From assembly GCA_949358305.1 (NCBI GenBank), contig OX442314.1, positions 14,818,001-14,882,000 of the forward strand: a stretch of 64,000 bases of DNA. The letters are read 5' to 3'. Positions 59,301 through 64,000 of this stretch are shown piece after piece. Numbering within the stretch: position 1 is the first letter of the stretch; each line of letters opens with the position of its first letter. The position numbers were made by a program, and so were the translations under genes. The notes under the pieces are model-generated. The model saw only the letters and a list, made by a program, of their open reading frames with translations. It was not told the DNA's origin and made no database searches. Origin of the DNA: Strigamia acuminata (Eukaryota).

Positions 59301-62300
59301 AGCAAATAAAATGAAAAAAAAATAAAATAAAAAACATTTAAAAAAAAAATAGCATTTTTAAAACTCATTTTCATTCATATAAATAATTAATTACTTGAAC
59401 TAACAAAATGTTAAATTTAAAGAAAGAATAAATCAAAACGAATGAAAACTCAACGAAGCGACAAATCTATCATGTTCCTGCACTGACGAGGAATGTAGGA
59501 AACATGAGTCCCCCGCTTCTCAGTTATGCCTTCTGCTTGGTTGCATCTCTCGCCCTCGACTGGACTGCGCACTGTAATCCCCATACATCGGTGGGTTTTG
59601 GGAAATTAATTCCAATAATCCCGTAGCGCAAAGAGACTGAAAAAAGACCCCCTCCATCAGCTTGTCACCCTCGAATCATCACTACATGTGGCAATCATGT
59701 GAAAAAAAAAATTCAAATGTAAAAAATTTTTAAAAAATAAAAGAAATTCTTCTACCAAAATGTGTGTAAACCTTTTCTATATCATAACCAGATTCTCCAA
59801 CTTCAAAATCCAAGTGGCATCTACCACTTCTACGTCGCTGAATTGAGTCGCAACAGGTGAGATTAGGAAATTGATGAAAAATTAATTAATAGACATTCAA
59901 TTTGCAGTACTCTCTTTTTCAATCCCCTTTTACAAAAGAGTAACAGCTGGGAGCACATGAGGCTCTCATCTTACTGGGGGCTTAATTATGGCGTAATCCA
60001 GCACGGAATACGCATCATGAAAAATATATTACGTGTAGCCAGCCGTGGGGATTAGCGGTTACTCAAGAAGATTACAACGCACACAAGACAGCGGCAAAGA
60101 GCGCACATTTGCTTCTCTTTGGTTCCTTCCTCCCACACCTTCAAAACTGGTTATTCTCATTAATAATTTGTAAATTACCGCAAGGTCCATGGATTTGTAT
60201 CATAAATAATCAGCACCGTTATTTATGCGTGGTTGCAAAAAAATTCGATTCAAGGTTCAAATTTGCGCCGCCAGAGCGAACCACTGGCTGACAACACGTT
60301 CAATAAAAAGTTTAAATGGGGAAATTTTTCGCGAAAATAACAACAAAAATATGTGAAGAGAAAAATCAAATTATGTGCGAGAATTACTTACAAAATATTG
60401 AGCTGCATATGCCTACGAATGAGCGCATTTCTTTTATCTAACAAGGTGAACCAAACTTCAGTAAGTTGCTCCTCTTCATCTTCGTTGGTCCCTAAACGAT
60501 AATTAAGACAGTCATTTAAACTTTCTCTAACGTGATATCTCGAAAATCTAAAGCTCTTGCGTTACAATTACAAGTGAACAAACCCGGAACAAACGGGCGA
60601 CGAAACCACTACCGCCATCTATCGGCAGTTTTATGTACTGTTCCTTGATAAATTATTTACCTGTTTCAATCACTTTCCTCAAGATTTTCTCCAACTCTTT
60701 AGCTTCTTCGTCAATTTGAGTCTGTTCAATTTCCAAGGCTTCAAGTTCTTGTTGGACATACGAAGAACTTTTTTGAGGAGACTTAAATAAAACATTCGAA
60801 GATAAAAATTCAAATCTCATCATTTGCTACGGCGAAAGCAACTCACTATTCTGTCGACTCCTTCTGGAAAATATTTGTCCGATGGTGTTGATGGAGGCGT
60901 TGGATTAATTTGAGCTGACGAATGCAAATCTAGAAATAAATCATACAACACAATTAAAATCGTTATATTTTCTTTCGCGTCTCGAGTTTGTACCTTTATC
61001 GGGTGACATTTCTTTGACGTATGATTTAAAGGACTCCAACACAGTTGAATGAAGAGAGTTCAAAGTTTCTCGCATCGGCGGCGATGCTTTTCCATTCCTT
61101 TCATTGACTAGACTTCTATGACCGACATCCTACAATAATCAGTTATTGCAATTAAATTCAATGGTTTTGTTATTTATTATTATTATACCCGATTATTTTT
61201 GTTGATGTCGATCGAGGAATTGAGTATAGGTTTTGTATTAGAATTGATTTGCGAGTCTCCGAGGGAGTTAGATGAATTGTTTCCATTTTCTTGCGTTCCA
61301 CTTGAATCTGCAATAATTAAAGCAATTAAAACATCACTGATACAATTATCCCGTTAATTAATTAATAAACGTATATTTTCGTAGACATCAAGTAGAATTA
61401 TTTACAATAAGCCAAACAAACGTCACCAAAGAAAACTATTTTAGTTGTACATGCAAAATACCAACACCGAAAACAATATATGCATGCTCACCATATTTCT
61501 TGATAAAGTGGTAAAAATTGAATTTTTTAATTCCTAAAAAAAATAAAAATAAACACAAAAAAATATAGAACTCAACAAACTTAGAAACTAAATTATAAAT
61601 ACATAATTAATAAATTAAGCAAAATGTTTTGCCATGCAAAAAATTAAACAAATTCCACGCCAATCCAAACAGTAAATACATTTCAACAAGTTTATACCTG
61701 AGACCGTAAGAGAACTCTGTTTACGTAAAACACTGACAGGTGAAATTGGTGAGGAAGGTGTAGGTGTTCCTGAATTGGACGTGGTAGATCCATTGGATCC
61801 TTGCTTAGTTCCTTGACAAGCTTCAGCTATCATCTTTCTTGCCCTTTCACGTAACTGTTTCTGTCTTGCCTCTTCTTCCTACAAAAACAAACGTCCGTTT
61901 TAATTCCAATGTCATTGCATCGCGTAAAATTCTACAAACCTCGCTCAATTGACGCACAGGTTCACTTTTCAAGCTACCCCGCTTTGTCTGGTTGAGCAAT
62001 TGCCTCGCCCTTTCCTTCAATTCTTCGTGCCTTGAAAGCGATCTCTAAAAATAAATAAACAAAACAAAAAAGCACATTCAATAAACGGAATTATTTAAAA
62101 ATAAAATAAAATAAAATAAATAAAATAAATAAAACAAATAAACAAAAACTAATACTTAATTAGTAAATGTTACAACTAAAAAAAAAGATATTTGTGACGT
62201 ATTATAAAAAGGGACATAAGCAACTAAATTTAATTCAATATTAATGTTAGTAATTAATTTAAAAAAAAAAAAAAAAAAAATTGCTCATGATTTAGTGCAC

Positions 62301-63415
62301 CCACCCTGGGCACCTCATGAGATGGTGATTGACTATCCCTGCGAAGTTGTTTAGTAGGGGATATATCAATTATTCCTAGCACCTCGTCAGGAGTCGATTC
62401 CAGGCTGTCGTACAACATTTCGGACGACAAACGTCGCAAACCTCTGTTGTTGTCCAATTCTTCGTCGACGCCTTCTTTGGGAATTGGCGAGGACGGTCTG
62501 TCTTTTCGTCTCCTTTTCGTCGACTCGCGCACATCAGAATGCCGAATTAAATCTTTCGATTCGTCCGGAGTCTGAGGCGAGTTACTCCTGTCATTCAAAT
62601 TTTCCGACCCATTAAACGTTTCTCCTTCTTCGTCACTGTCAGAGTCAAATGGATTCATCAACTGATTGCGAGTCATGAGCAATGGCTTTTCAGTAGACGG
62701 ATTCGATTTTCCCTCGCTCTCAGTCGGCGTCTGGCTCTCTTGGCGACCGATGCGCTCTTTAGTCGGTGACAGAGATTTGCCCAGTCGCATAATTTCACTC
62801 GTCAAAGTCTTCCCGACGGGACTTTTCTCCTTAGTGGTCAAAGGCGCCGGCCCTTTCTTCTTTCCCTTAAATCCTTTGTCGCTGTTTACACTTCCACTTT
62901 CCGATTCACTATCAACCAAGCTGCTTTTCCGCTCCGGTTCTATGTTGTTATTATTACAAACAGACCAAGTTGACTCGTCCGAACTGTTCTTCCGGCTGTC
63001 GTTCGTGTAAAGTCGCTGGTTGCGTCTGTTGATAGACTCCTCTCTAGACAGAGCCGTCCATAAGTTATTTGTTTCGGGATCCCCTCCGTCCTCGTGTCGC
63101 CGCAACATGTAGATAGAATCCTCGGTGGATTTCTTACTCAAGTGCTGCACCTCCAACTCCTGATTGGTGAAATAGGCGCGCAGTTGATACAGATAGGTCA
63201 TCACGGCCAACTTATCTGGCACGGTCATCAGAACCATGTCTGCAGGTTCTATCAGTTTCGGAATTCCCAAACGGGCTGCAGCATCAAAAGCCTATTGGAA
63301 AAAGACAAAAATAAAACGTGTCAATAAAAATTGAGAATCAATATTTACATTTTTAAACACACATACCTTTGTACAATTTACAATGATATCACTAGCATTC
63401 AAGGAAAGATAATCA
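47311..63415 (-). CDS. EHBP1: EH domain-binding protein 1 (3' part: end of CH domain, coiled-coil linker, bMERB/DUF3585 domain, CaaX); 5' part lies beyond the window
   Basis: Exons: 63415-63367 ([16 protein letters not shown]), 63291-~62305 ([41 protein letters not shown]..., includes NPF in LMNPFDSD), 62044-61940 ([14 protein letters not shown]), 61878-61698 ([13 protein letters not shown]), 61533-61492, 61307-61189, 61129-60994, 60929-60847, 60781-60661 ([18 protein letters not shown]), 60491-60392 ([14 protein letters not shown]), 57014-56941 ([18 protein letters not shown]), 52310-52196 ([29 protein letters not shown]) and 47419-47311 (...QQDRNCVLQ*). Splice phases are consistent throughout. 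Confidence 0.95.
52991..53015 (+). repeat. (GAA)n microsatellite
   Basis: About 8 tandem GAA units in an EHBP1 intron. Confidence 0.85.
54983..55399. mobile_element. Non-autonomous DNA transposon (MITE/foldback-like), ~417 bp, in an EHBP1 intron
   Basis: ~30-bp terminal inverted repeats: CTAGGACGATCAACTACAGGACTTCACATC at 54983-55012 versus the reverse complement of 55371-55399, CTAGGACGATCAGTGCAGGACTTCACATC. Flanked by the direct repeat GTTACAA (54976-54982 and 55400-55406), or 8-bp GGTTACAA if the right end is drawn 1 nt shorter. Internal ~110-bp inverted arms. Confidence 0.85.
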
Positions 63416-64000
63416 CTGAAAAAGATAGATTTTTTTTTAAAACTAATTAATTAAGTTTGCTCACAATAGGAATCAAAAAAATTAAAATTAAAAGAAATAA
63501 TAATGAAAACGGAAGGAATTCACAAATATAATAAATCATAACGAGTCAATTAGTTATCTCGACGTCAACGAATGGCACGCAATCATCTGTCACAATGGCC
63601 ACGGCGCTCAGCGAGCACTCAAGAGTTCCTTTGCATCAGATTATTCTCAACAGAAGCCTTTTGGCTTTTGGCGGAATGTTATCAATTAAATTTCTGCTCT
63701 GCCGCCATCTCACGTAATGTAAATTGATAGAAACAAGTAGTGTCTGCCCGGATAATTAGTGTTTTCGGAGACGACCGAGAATTAGCGAAAATGCAATTAT
63801 AATTCTCCAGTGAAATACCCAACCATTCTAGTAATTGTCCTGTCTACGACATACACTTGCCTTTCCCCGTTCAATTTAAATGCCTCACTCAGTCTTAGTA
63901 ATGACTCCCATCGCAAATTAAAATACAAATTCAAAAAACTTTTCCGTAACGAAAAAAAAATCATTTAATGAATTAAGCCTCGAAACGTGACGCTATAATT

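Overview
Animal (metazoan) genomic DNA, AT-rich with mostly very short GT-AG introns, which suggests an invertebrate (possibly an arthropod; the species cannot be determined from sequence alone). It contains four spliced genes that I assembled by hand. (1) A 9-exon C19orf47-like SAM-domain gene on the minus strand (1824-3534). (2) A canonical Otx/orthodenticle K50 homeobox gene on the plus strand (22321-26204). (3) A second, divergent Otx paralog on the minus strand (28370-29610), tail-to-tail with the first. (4) The 3' part of EHBP1 on the minus strand (47311 to beyond 63415), with the end of the CH domain, the bMERB domain and a CVLQ CaaX box. Two ~18 kb gene-free stretches flank the Otx pair, and the last three EHBP1 introns are greatly expanded, which fits the ancient Otx-Ehbp1 genomic regulatory block. 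Other notable items are a TIR/TSD-bounded foldback MITE in an EHBP1 intron, a frame-preserving 42-nt EHBP1 exon followed by Rbfox motifs, convergent CTCF-like motifs, and RFX and nuclear-receptor motif repeats. Most ORFs in the supplied track are spurious. No prokaryotic features, CRISPR arrays, rRNA or tRNA genes were seen.
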